Shown here: one piece after another, positions 1 through 8,673 of the stretch | How the letters are laid out: each line of letters begins with the position of its first letter | Position numbering within the stretch: the first letter of the stretch is position 1 | DNA from: a virus | Taxonomy: Duplodnaviria; Caudoviricetes | Length of the DNA: 64,000 nucleotides | Virus record (IMG/VR): IMGVR_UViG_3300003523_000207 | Span: 1 to 64,000 of that record | Strand: one strand, 5' to 3' | Translations under genes and position numbers: made by a program | Notes under the pieces: generated by a model | Told to the model about the DNA's origin: nothing | The model's database searches: none | Seen by the model: the letters and a program-made list of their open reading frames with translations, nothing else

Positions 1-1061
1 TCTGCCCAGTCGCTCTGTACTTGCGCATCCGGAATCGTCGGCTTGTTAGCCAAGTCGGTATAAGAGCCAGACGTGGCCACTGCAGCAAAACTCGGCTTGT
101 TCTGGATGTATGCGGGACTAGAACTGTCGGTTTCAGTCCAGCTAGAATTAACCTGTGTAAAGGCCGGAAGCGTTATTTCGGCAACACCGCTAGAGTTCAC
201 CACGGACGAGCCATCAACCTTTACATCATTTACCGGAATAGACGGAATCGTCGGCTTATCTATCAAATCATTATACGATCCACTGGTCGCGACAGTAGCC
301 AACGAAGATGACAGAGCATAAGCATCCAAATTCGGCTTATTAAGAATTTCCGCGTCGGAACCGCTCTCAGCGTCCCAGTTCGGTTTTACGTTGACTTGAG
401 CACCAACGGCAATGCCGTCTAGTTTCGCCTTATCGGCAGACGACATAGCACCAGTAACTGTAGTAGATGCTTCTGGAATGGTGATAGTCGAACTGTCAAG
501 CTGGTCAGTAGTAAACGAACCAATGGAGGTAGACCCGATTTGCACCGTAATGGTAGCATTATTAGCTGGGTCTGGAATAGTCGGCTTATTTTGAATGTAT
601 GCCGCGCTAGAACTATCTGCTTCATTCCAGTTGGCTTGGATTTGTGCCGGGGTTTGGTCAACCCAACCCAAAGTTCCCGCTACGTCATCAGTAACGCCCA
701 ATACCTTACCAGCATCACCCGAAGCTATAGATGGAACACCACTAGGCGCAGCATCCCAAGCAAACGACCCAACAGAACCGTTATAGGTAGCTTTTAAGAC
801 TTTACCATCATCGTTAGCGGTAACGGACGGAACTTGGCCTGTACCGGCGATAGCTTGGGCGATCGCCTTACCGCTCTGGGCATTTTCCGAAATGGCACTA
901 TATGTCTGGTCAACGGTCGGAAGATCCGCAGACTTGACATAAGTCGTTTTAATCTGGTTGCCGTCCTCGTCTCCTATTGCCTTCTGGGCGAGACCAGCCG
1001 ACTGGGCGTAGAAACCTTTTCCGCCCAACCCATCAATTAGAGTTGCAGTTGTAGTAGCCAT
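1..1061 (-). CDS. Tail fibre-like repeat protein (3' end runs off the window)
   Basis: Not in the ORF track because it has no stop in the window. ATG at 1061 gives MATTTATLIDGLGGKGFYAQ...; repeated Q-x-(N/S/D)-W-x7-YIQNKP-like motifs; same operon as the long fibre gene. Confidence 0.7.
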   Translation of the reverse strand, partial: MATTTATLIDGLGGKGFYAQSAGLAQKAIGDEDGNQIKTTYVKSADLPTVDQTYSAISENAQSGKAIAQAIAGTGQVPSVTANDDGKVLKATYNGSVGSFAWDAAPSGVPSIASGDAGKVLGVTDDVAGTLGWVDQTPAQIQANWNEADSSSAAYIQNKPTIPDPANNATITVQIGSTSIGSFTTDQLDSSTITIPEASTTVTGAMSSADKAKLDGIAVGAQVNVKPNWDAESGSDAEILNKPNLDAYALSSSLATVATSGSYNDLIDKPTIPSIPVNDVKVDGSSVVNSSGVAEITLPAFTQVNSSWTETDSSSPAYIQNKPSFAAVATSGSYTDLANKPTIPDAQVQSDWA

Positions 1062-1071
1062 CGTTCAATCC

Positions 1072-1857
1072 TTATCCCGGTGTATAAATGTTGTTATAAT
1101 CTCGCTGGAAACCTCTGTCGAGTGATTTAACCGGATAATACTCGAAGCTTCCACTTGCTCTGCGGATAATAGCCAGTCCGGCCAGATACGTAATCCAGCG
1201 TCGTTCAGTAATCCCATCGTTAACCGCGCCGCTCCAGAAACGAAGCCCTATCAATTGGTCGCACATTGTCACCGTAAACATTTCGAGCTGCTGGTCGTGC
1301 GTGATGAAAAGGTTCAATTTCTTGGTTATCTTGTTCTGCAAATAACTGTATATAGAAGCAGTGACCGCCGGAATATTGGCAAAAACGCCGCCATACATAC
1401 ACGGTTCGCCGTATGCGGCCAAGGAGTAGTCCTCCCAACCAGTTGTCGGTGCGGTAACCTCATAGTGGTTCTTGAGCAGCAATTCGTCAATAGTCACTTC
1501 AGGGGTGGTACCCGTATACAGACCAGTGCCTTGGGCAATGTATGTGGCAGTGTCGATACAACGCTGTGCCGACGATGAATACAGCGCGATATCGTCAGAT
1601 GAAGTGACTATACCATTGGCAAGTTTCGCGCCAGTATCGAGCGCATACTGAATTCCAGCAGCCGTCAAGTTCTTTTCTTCGGTTTCGTCTCGTTCCGAAT
1701 GACGGAGCACAAAGCCTACCTTGTCTCCGTGATTCAAGTCAGCGAAGACTTCACCGATGTCGGAAAACTCGGACAGGGTGAACGGAGTCACCTTTCCTAG
1801 CCACTCGCCTTGTTCCGTTGTAATGACTTTGCCACTATACATTAGAACTCTATCCAT
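1072..1857 (-). CDS. Histidine phosphatase superfamily protein
   Basis: FVLRHSER (RHG-like), SSxxxRCxxTA and FITHD motifs. Confidence 0.8.
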   Translation of the reverse strand: MDRVLMYSGKVITTEQGEWLGKVTPFTLSEFSDIGEVFADLNHGDKVGFVLRHSERDETEEKNLTAAGIQYALDTGAKLANGIVTSSDDIALYSSSAQRCIDTATYIAQGTGLYTGTTPEVTIDELLLKNHYEVTAPTTGWEDYSLAAYGEPCMYGGVFANIPAVTASIYSYLQNKITKKLNLFITHDQQLEMFTVTMCDQLIGLRFWSGAVNDGITERRWITYLAGLAIIRRASGSFEYYPVKSLDRGFQRDYNNIYTPG

Positions 1858-1866
1858 CTATGGCTC

Positions 1867-2226
1867 CTATTGAGACGACGTGGGATCGTCTACCGTATAA
1901 GTTCCAGTGGTTATAGCTAGACCGATTCCCAGTACGCCTTCGCTCTCTTGTAAGCTTATATACTCATCCGGCGTTAACAGCATCATAGCTGGCTTGTTCT
2001 GGATGTAGCTATCATCGTTACTGTCAGCCGTATTCCAGTTCGACTGTACGTTGACTTCCGCACCGGCTTGAATGCCACTAAGCTTCTGCACTTCTTCTGT
2101 AGTGATGTAACGACCGTCAGAGGCTGGCTGTGCGCCAATGTTGGCCAGCAATCTGTCCTTCTGCGTCTGGGTCAGCGTCTGAGTATAGTTTTCGTCGAAT
2201 AAAACGCTGTAATCAATTACTGCCAT
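1867..2226 (-). CDS. Small tail-fibre-associated protein
   Basis: Contains the KLxGIxAGAEVNVQSNW...YIQNKP repeat unit seen in neighbouring fibre proteins. Confidence 0.6.
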   Translation of the reverse strand: MAVIDYSVLFDENYTQTLTQTQKDRLLANIGAQPASDGRYITTEEVQKLSGIQAGAEVNVQSNWNTADSNDDSYIQNKPAMMLLTPDEYISLQESEGVLGIGLAITTGTYTVDDPTSSQ

Positions 2227-2237
2227 AGCTATACCTC

Positions 2238-2555
2238 CTAGTAGCGGTCTTCAGCCTCGGTGATGGTTCTGATAAGCCATTGTTTAACCAATTCCAGTGC
2301 CGGAATATCAATCTTCTCAACAACCTTGACCGCGGACTGGAATAAGCCATACTCGATATACGGGAGAACACCGAAGTATTCTCCGAACTCAATTCCGTCA
2401 TAAGCGTCAAGCTGCTTGATGAAATCGTTGATAATCTTTCGACCGATGTACTGGTTCCACTCAAGGCCAGAGAATTTGACACCAGCCGAATAGATTTCTT
2501 GCTCGTCCGAACGAGTCGATACGGCCAGCGAGTTCTTGTTATAGGTACTAAGCAT
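2238..2555 (-). CDS. Hypothetical protein, possible tail fibre chaperone
   Basis: 105 aa ORF with GGAGG RBS directly downstream of the long fibre gene. Confidence 0.55.
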   Translation of the reverse strand: MLSTYNKNSLAVSTRSDEQEIYSAGVKFSGLEWNQYIGRKIINDFIKQLDAYDGIEFGEYFGVLPYIEYGLFQSAVKVVEKIDIPALELVKQWLIRTITEAEDRY

Positions 2556-2581
2556 AAATCCTCCGGTTAATTACCGTTGTT

Positions 2582-5500
2582 TTAAGTAGAATGGTTACGA
2601 ATCTGCATAAAGAAACGGTACATACTGTTGTGTTCGTTGTAACCAGACGAAGACCAATCGACTTGGTCTTTATCCAACGACGCGTTAGACGGATTATCCC
2701 AGTCGATTCCGGTACAGTTAGTAATACGCCAGTTGAGCGTAGGCATCGAGTTAACTGGTGCATTGTAGTTCGGCGCAGCCGCCAAGAAGATACCGCTACC
2801 GGCGTTCGGCGGCAATGCCAAAACCGCATAATACATACAGTTTGGATATAATGCATTGTGATCCGAGTCAACGTGAACAATCGGGAATTCAAGCACGGAA
2901 TTCGACTGACTCTTATACAACGACACGGCACCAGTATCACAGACAAATCTCGTATCACCGGTTCCATTGTTGCCAGCCGGGTCATATTCGTAAATACCGA
3001 ACATCACATTCGTCTGGCTATAACCAGAATCCTTTGCATACACAGTAATGTATGTATTGTTTACTTCAATCGGGTGTCTAAACGGTACAGAGAATAGCTG
3101 GCAAATACAAGAACCATTGACGTTCAAGCTTCCGAAGTCATAGCTAACTTCCGTAATCATAGGATACGGAAAATTAGTCGTGAGCTTGGAATCCATATCG
3201 TCAGTCAACTGCGTGACAGTTTCAACGACTTCTTCTGTGACATCATCAAGCATAACAGCCATCAGGCCGCCGCTATCCGGTTCAATTTTAAGACCGCCAC
3301 CCGATTTTACATTAACTGCAATCTTGTTGGTATTAGCTTCCAGTGTAAGGCCGTCGCCAATATTTGCGGAGATGGCGTTATTGGTATCAATCGTAATTCC
3401 ATCGCCAGCGGTGTAGGAACCCATAGTACCAGTGTACTCGGCGGTACCGCTCATATTCTCAACAACAGAGAACCTAGCAACAATATCAATGAGGTCAGAA
3501 TCACTAACAGAAGCGTCACCTGTATAGAGGAGGCGATAACCATAGTAATCCTTTTCGCCAATCGTCGTTGTGGTACCGGCGTTGTTCCACACGGTAGCCG
3601 TACCGTTCACACTACATTTTCCAACAGAAGACGGATAGCTTTCCGTAGACGAATGGAGAACCGTAGTAGTCGATGCATCACGAACAAGCTGCACGCCAGC
3701 CATTCCGTAGAACCCGTAAGCCGGAGTACGTTCAATCTGTACGTTAAACGCCAGCGTAAACACGTCCACACCAGCCACGTCGTTAGTTGGGTCACTTGCA
3801 TCGTGAATCGTCTTCAATGCATACAGATATACGTTTCCGTCTCTCGACGCAACTACAAATCGGTCATTCTCCGAATTGACAAACGGCACAGCATCTGCAT
3901 CAAGCAAATCCATCGGAGATACACTGACATTGTCGAATGTTGCCACGCTTCCGTAATAACCAACAGAGCCATCAACCGACACGTTGTAATCGGTACCAGA
4001 TGCAGACGGGGTTTCAATAACGCTTACGCCGCGTCCACCGCTAACCGTCGTTCCACCAGTTGATGCAATAGTGACCTCGTTAGACGTCTGCGATTTAGTC
4101 AAAGTCACGTTGTTTCCAGCCACGAGCGTAAGAGTATCACTTGCGGTGCGCGGAACACAGTCAACCGTAGATGCACCATCACTGATAGTAACCTTAGAGA
4201 AATTCTTCAAATTTTGAATCGTATCTCGTTCTTGTCCGGTTACAAGACCCGGTGTATAAGTATCCGACTCACCCACCGTAGTTTTAGTCGCTAACGGAAT
4301 AATGACAGTGTTATCACTAACCGGAAGCGGTTCATCCATATCGGCGAGAATCACATCCGTAACACTATTTTTAAGGTTATCCAACGCCTTCTTGTCCTCG
4401 GAACTCATCACACCCGGTTGAGCCGGAATCGTATTTCCATTACCGTCGTCAGTCTCCGATACAGCCGCCGGAATAGTAAGTACCACGTCTTGGGCCGCAG
4501 CTTGCTGGTTAGTCGAGAACTGGCCAACCGTAGGATTAGTTTCGCCAGTAACGGCTCCACCAACATCAATCTTAATCGTAGCGTCACCGATAGCCAGATC
4601 AACATTCTTGCTGGTAATAGTCTGGGCGGTTCCGTTTACGGAAATGCTTTCGATAACATTTTCTTCAGCACCTTCTTCAATGCCATCAAGCTTTGTCTTA
4701 TCGGCACCGTTCATAAGGCCGGTCGTCGATGTAGTGACAAGAGGAATCGTCACGCGCTTGTTTTCATCGATGGCCAAATCGCCACTTTCGCCTTCCATCT
4801 TGATGTGGTCAATGGCATTCGGCTCCGCGCCAGATGTCGTCGAATCAAGCTTGGCCTTGTCGGATGCCGACATAAGACCTTCGGTAGCCGGAATCGGTTC
4901 TTGGCTTTCCGGGTCTACGGATGCAGACTGTGCGAGAGGAATCGTCACCAATGCATTCGTCGTTTGGTTGGCACCAAAGGTCAGCGAATCCGCCGAGCCA
5001 ACCGTAATCGTCAAGACGCCTTCACCAAGGGTTCCCTTCGTAAGAACCGGTACACCGTCGGCACCAAGTGTCAAGTCAGTAACCACGTTACCGTCTTGGA
5101 CGCCGTCAACCGTCGGACCATCGTGCCAATATCCAGTTAGCTGAATCGTAGCTTGGTCAACCAGTCTATATGTAGAACCATCCCAGCGATACACGTCATA
5201 GTGGTCAGCACCTTGGCTATTCTGCACAAAATACGTCTTCGACAAATCGCCAGTCGGGTGGTCTATCTTGTACTGTTCCCAATCAGCTTGACTGTTAATG
5301 AACTCGGCCTGAGCATTCAATGCGGCCTTAACAGCCGTAGGGGTAATAGCCGTGCTTGGGTCGGTGTTATCAAGGCTGTCAGTCAGCTTGACCACGCCGA
5401 TCACACCATCGATTTGCTGCGACTGGTCACCAACCGTAGCCAACGGAATATTCACAAAACGGTCAGTCTGGTCGACCGGTAATGCAACATCAGCGACCTT

Positions 5501-7675
5501 TACTGCAACAATAATATTCCTTTCTGCGCCAGTTTCAATATCGTCAAGCTTCAGCTTGTCTTCCTTGGACATAAGTCCATCAGTTTCGCCAAATGCAGTC
5601 GCCGGTGCGGCTAACGGAATTTTCTTCTTGGTAGGATTGATAACGCCGTTTTCGTTCTGGGAAAGCGAGTCAATAAATTCAAACGTAGTCGTGTTTCCGC
5701 CCTGCTGAGGGTCTGGCACAGCAGTCTGTTTTGTCTTCAAGTCGCCAAGGTCAACAATATTATCCACCGGCGTAACCGGGTCACCGTTAAGGATAATGCC
5801 TTGGAGTGCCTTATCCGCCTTATCGCCTTGTGCAGCCGTGGCAAAGTCGTCGGCCTTGGAACCAGAGTCGGTCAAGTTGCCGTTAGCGTCCAAACCAGCA
5901 AAGTTGCCACTCGTAGCTTCCGATACCTTGTCGGCTTTACCGGCAATATCATCCGAGTTAATCGTATTGTCGGTGGTTACATTAACCTCAGTAACGACAC
6001 CGTTGACTTCGGTGACCTTAACTTGGACGTTCGTGCCGTCAACCGACTCAACCTCGGCGTCCAAACCACCTATGGCCTTTGTTACAGTAGATTCAAGCGC
6101 AACCTTATTCGTGGTAGCGTCATACGTTCCATCGAATTCGAGCGCATCTTGCTTGCTGTCCGCGAGATCATACGCAGTCTTTACGCTATTCGGGGTGGCG
6201 GCTTTACTCGTCGACGTGCTATTTACCGCGTCTTCGAGTTGGACGATACCCTTCTGTTCGGTCGTACCATCTTGGATACTCTGCTTTGTGGCGGTCATCA
6301 CGCCGTTAGCGTCTTGGGAAATCGTAGCGATGAATTCCGTAGTAGGATCTGAACCGACGGACGGGTCAACAACGGCTTGCTGGGTCTGCTTATAACCAGA
6401 CAAGTCAATATCAACCGACTTTTCTGTAATAGTCTGGGCGGTTCCATTTACCTTAATGGTCTCGATCTTGTTGACCTGAGCACCAGCTTCGATTCCGGTT
6501 AGCTTGTCCTTGTCGGCGTTCGAGTAATCGTTTGTCGACAAAGATTTTCCTTCGACCTTGTCAACCTTACCATTCAATGCGGTCTGGGTAGCGGTCGAAA
6601 CCGGTTTGTCCATATCCGCAGTGTTGTCTACTTGGTCGAGACCAACGTCACCCTTGGTCAACTGATCACCAAGGACTACGTGTCCTTCGGAATCGTTACC
6701 GACCTTAACTGCAACTGCGGCGGTAGCCGCCGTAGTTGGGTGAGTGTAAACCGTAGTTTCAGTACCATTGATCTTGACATTGCCATTGGTTTCGGATGCC
6801 TCAACCTTGGTTGCTCCTTCGGCAATATTATCAAGCTTGTTTTTATCATCGACCGTGTACGACGCCGTCGTATTGTCGAGAATAGACTTGTTTTCGTGTT
6901 CGTGAAGTTTGCTCAACTCAGAAACCGCAATGCCAGAATCGACCGGATTTCCGTTGCTGTCAAACTTAGCCAAATCGTCTGCTACCGCATCACTGTCCTT
7001 GTCGGCCTTCGTAGTGTCGGAAGGGTGAACGTGGTCGCCGCGAGAGTACAGCGCAGAAGAACCCGCACTACCAGTACCGTTCATCTCCGGAGTTTCCTCA
7101 TACGGAGTCACCGGGCTTTCAATCGTAATATCCACGTTGTGGTTCTCGTCAGGAACCAACGGATTTCCATTCTTGGAAATGGACTGGATGGTTTCCGTAA
7201 TTTCTACGTTCTTATTGTCAATCGGAAGAGTTACGCCATTCTGCGAAATGGTGTTGATAGCATTCTGTTCGCCGCTAAAAGTAACGGCTTCGCCTTCGAT
7301 AGGATGGAGCACCAGCGTCTTGCCTTCGTCAGTCGTTTCGGCACTGGCAATGGCATTTCCGGTGAGCTGGTCAAGCTCGCTCTTGTTGGTGTGAGAGTGA
7401 TGCACTTCGTAACTAGCATCGACTTTGGATTTGTACGTATCGTCGAAATCGTTGGTTGAGAGACCCTTTCCAGCCTCCTTGTCGACCTTTCCAGCCAGCT
7501 TACCATCGACCGTAGTACCAAGCGCGTCAATGGCGGTCTGTTGTGCGGTCGATACCGGTTTGTCCATATCGGATGTATTCTCAACATTCCCCAAGTCAAT
7601 ATTCTTGCGAACTTGGAGTTTCCGTTCCTCACTGAGATTCTGCGGATTGGTCAATACGTGCGTCTTAATTTCCAT
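2582..7675 (-). CDS. Long tail fibre / receptor-binding protein (~1700 aa)
   Basis: Probable start MEIKTH at 7675; the upstream ORF extension overlaps a promoter and the opposite gene. Repeats V(D/E)NT(S/A)DMDKPVSTA, KVDKxxGKxLSTND, GLMSxxDKxKLD and the phage fibre repeat TTEQKGIVQL...AATP; beta-rich C-terminus. Confidence 0.8.
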   Translation of the reverse strand: MEIKTHVLTNPQNLSEERKLQVRKNIDLGNVENTSDMDKPVSTAQQTAIDALGTTVDGKLAGKVDKEAGKGLSTNDFDDTYKSKVDASYEVHHSHTNKSELDQLTGNAIASAETTDEGKTLVLHPIEGEAVTFSGEQNAINTISQNGVTLPIDNKNVEITETIQSISKNGNPLVPDENHNVDITIESPVTPYEETPEMNGTGSAGSSALYSRGDHVHPSDTTKADKDSDAVADDLAKFDSNGNPVDSGIAVSELSKLHEHENKSILDNTTASYTVDDKNKLDNIAEGATKVEASETNGNVKINGTETTVYTHPTTAATAAVAVKVGNDSEGHVVLGDQLTKGDVGLDQVDNTADMDKPVSTATQTALNGKVDKVEGKSLSTNDYSNADKDKLTGIEAGAQVNKIETIKVNGTAQTITEKSVDIDLSGYKQTQQAVVDPSVGSDPTTEFIATISQDANGVMTATKQSIQDGTTEQKGIVQLEDAVNSTSTSKAATPNSVKTAYDLADSKQDALEFDGTYDATTNKVALESTVTKAIGGLDAEVESVDGTNVQVKVTEVNGVVTEVNVTTDNTINSDDIAGKADKVSEATSGNFAGLDANGNLTDSGSKADDFATAAQGDKADKALQGIILNGDPVTPVDNIVDLGDLKTKQTAVPDPQQGGNTTTFEFIDSLSQNENGVINPTKKKIPLAAPATAFGETDGLMSKEDKLKLDDIETGAERNIIVAVKVADVALPVDQTDRFVNIPLATVGDQSQQIDGVIGVVKLTDSLDNTDPSTAITPTAVKAALNAQAEFINSQADWEQYKIDHPTGDLSKTYFVQNSQGADHYDVYRWDGSTYRLVDQATIQLTGYWHDGPTVDGVQDGNVVTDLTLGADGVPVLTKGTLGEGVLTITVGSADSLTFGANQTTNALVTIPLAQSASVDPESQEPIPATEGLMSASDKAKLDSTTSGAEPNAIDHIKMEGESGDLAIDENKRVTIPLVTTSTTGLMNGADKTKLDGIEEGAEENVIESISVNGTAQTITSKNVDLAIGDATIKIDVGGAVTGETNPTVGQFSTNQQAAAQDVVLTIPAAVSETDDGNGNTIPAQPGVMSSEDKKALDNLKNSVTDVILADMDEPLPVSDNTVIIPLATKTTVGESDTYTPGLVTGQERDTIQNLKNFSKVTISDGASTVDCVPRTASDTLTLVAGNNVTLTKSQTSNEVTIASTGGTTVSGGRGVSVIETPSASGTDYNVSVDGSVGYYGSVATFDNVSVSPMDLLDADAVPFVNSENDRFVVASRDGNVYLYALKTIHDASDPTNDVAGVDVFTLAFNVQIERTPAYGFYGMAGVQLVRDASTTTVLHSSTESYPSSVGKCSVNGTATVWNNAGTTTTIGEKDYYGYRLLYTGDASVSDSDLIDIVARFSVVENMSGTAEYTGTMGSYTAGDGITIDTNNAISANIGDGLTLEANTNKIAVNVKSGGGLKIEPDSGGLMAVMLDDVTEEVVETVTQLTDDMDSKLTTNFPYPMITEVSYDFGSLNVNGSCICQLFSVPFRHPIEVNNTYITVYAKDSGYSQTNVMFGIYEYDPAGNNGTGDTRFVCDTGAVSLYKSQSNSVLEFPIVHVDSDHNALYPNCMYYAVLALPPNAGSGIFLAAAPNYNAPVNSMPTLNWRITNCTGIDWDNPSNASLDKDQVDWSSSGYNEHNSMYRFFMQIRNHST

Positions 7676-7702
7676 ACTACATCCATCAAACGGCTTTTCC
7701 AT

Positions 7703-7744
7703 CAGTTTATACGGTTGAACGTAACCAAAACACCGTATAAACTG
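7703..7744. promoter_or_regulatory. Back-to-back TATAAACT putative late promoters forming a 13-bp inverted repeat
   Basis: CAGTTTATACGGT (7703-7715) and ACCGTATAAACTG (7732-7744) between divergent genes. Confidence 0.65.
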
Positions 7745-7769
7745 CAAGAGACAATAAAAAGAGTTCCTT

Positions 7770-8459
7770 ATGGCATACAGCATTAACGACGACTTTATAG
7801 AGGCTTTCCGTAACGGCGGGTGCTTCATTTTCGAGGGTGAAGATGGCCAAGCACCCGGTCCGGAAGAGGCTACCGATGGCCAAGAAGCACCGACCAAAGA
7901 GCCAGCTTCCGACGCACCGGCTGAGGAAAACGCCGATCCGCAGACAGAGGAACAGCCCACCGAACAGCCAGCCGAAGATCAGCCGAAGCAAGACCCAGCT
8001 ACCGATGCCGACCCGGAATCGTCAGCCGAAGCCGTAAACACCGACCAAAAGGCGGACAACGGCGTGGCTCCTACCGCCCAGAAGCTCGCCAACGATTTTA
8101 AGGCCGCCGGAAACCTCCGACTTGTCGCACGCACCGCTCTGCACGACCTCGGCATTACCAATCCGCAGCAGAAGATGAAAGTCGAGAAACTGGTCCCGTA
8201 CATCACGAAGGCGGTCGAGAATTTCGCATCCAAGAGTTCCGACAACTACACGGCGGCTGACATTACAAGAGCAATTCTGATACTTACCAACTCGTGTAGC
8301 CAGAAGGCGGTCGACCAAGCCAAGAAGGCGTCAGCAGAACAGGCCAAGGCCGCCGAAAAACAAGAGGCTCCCAAGCCTACCGGAGGCGACGGCGGTGCCG
8401 AACAGCAACCGCAAGACCAGCCAGAACAGCCAGCAGCCGATGACGTAAACGCAACCTAA
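7770..8459 (+). CDS. Acidic low-complexity hypothetical protein (possible virion internal protein)
   Basis: 229 aa, E/D/P/Q/A-rich, preceded by TATAAACT and followed by a terminator. Confidence 0.65.
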   Translation: MAYSINDDFIEAFRNGGCFIFEGEDGQAPGPEEATDGQEAPTKEPASDAPAEENADPQTEEQPTEQPAEDQPKQDPATDADPESSAEAVNTDQKADNGVAPTAQKLANDFKAAGNLRLVARTALHDLGITNPQQKMKVEKLVPYITKAVENFASKSSDNYTAADITRAILILTNSCSQKAVDQAKKASAEQAKAAEKQEAPKPTGGDGGAEQQPQDQPEQPAADDVNAT

Positions 8460-8465
8460 TTCAAC

Positions 8466-8492
8466 AAGCCGCAAGAAAATTGCGGCTTTTCT
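8466..8492 (+). terminator. Intrinsic terminator
   Basis: AAGCCGCAA-gaaaa-TTGCGGCTT followed by TTCT. Confidence 0.65.
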
Positions 8493-8673
8493 ATTGAAAT
8501 ACAAACTATATGCAACTATGCAAAAGTGTAGATAGAATAGCACTTTTGAATATAGTTCTTGCTGAAGACAGCGTTCTGAACGTAGTCCAGTAGCTGGAAC
8601 CGATATTTCAGTTTCGAATATTTGATTTTTCGTAACAGTATACTTTCAAGCTTTACTCGAAAATCTGCATATT

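Noticed and set aside
7676-7960. N-terminal 95 aa of the 1792-aa ORF
   Set aside because: Overlaps the divergent promoter pair and the opposite gene; the real start is probably 7675
8515-8673. Gene remnant right of the IS605 element
   Set aside because: Open stretches lack a convincing start; the rejoined upstream gene stops after six codons
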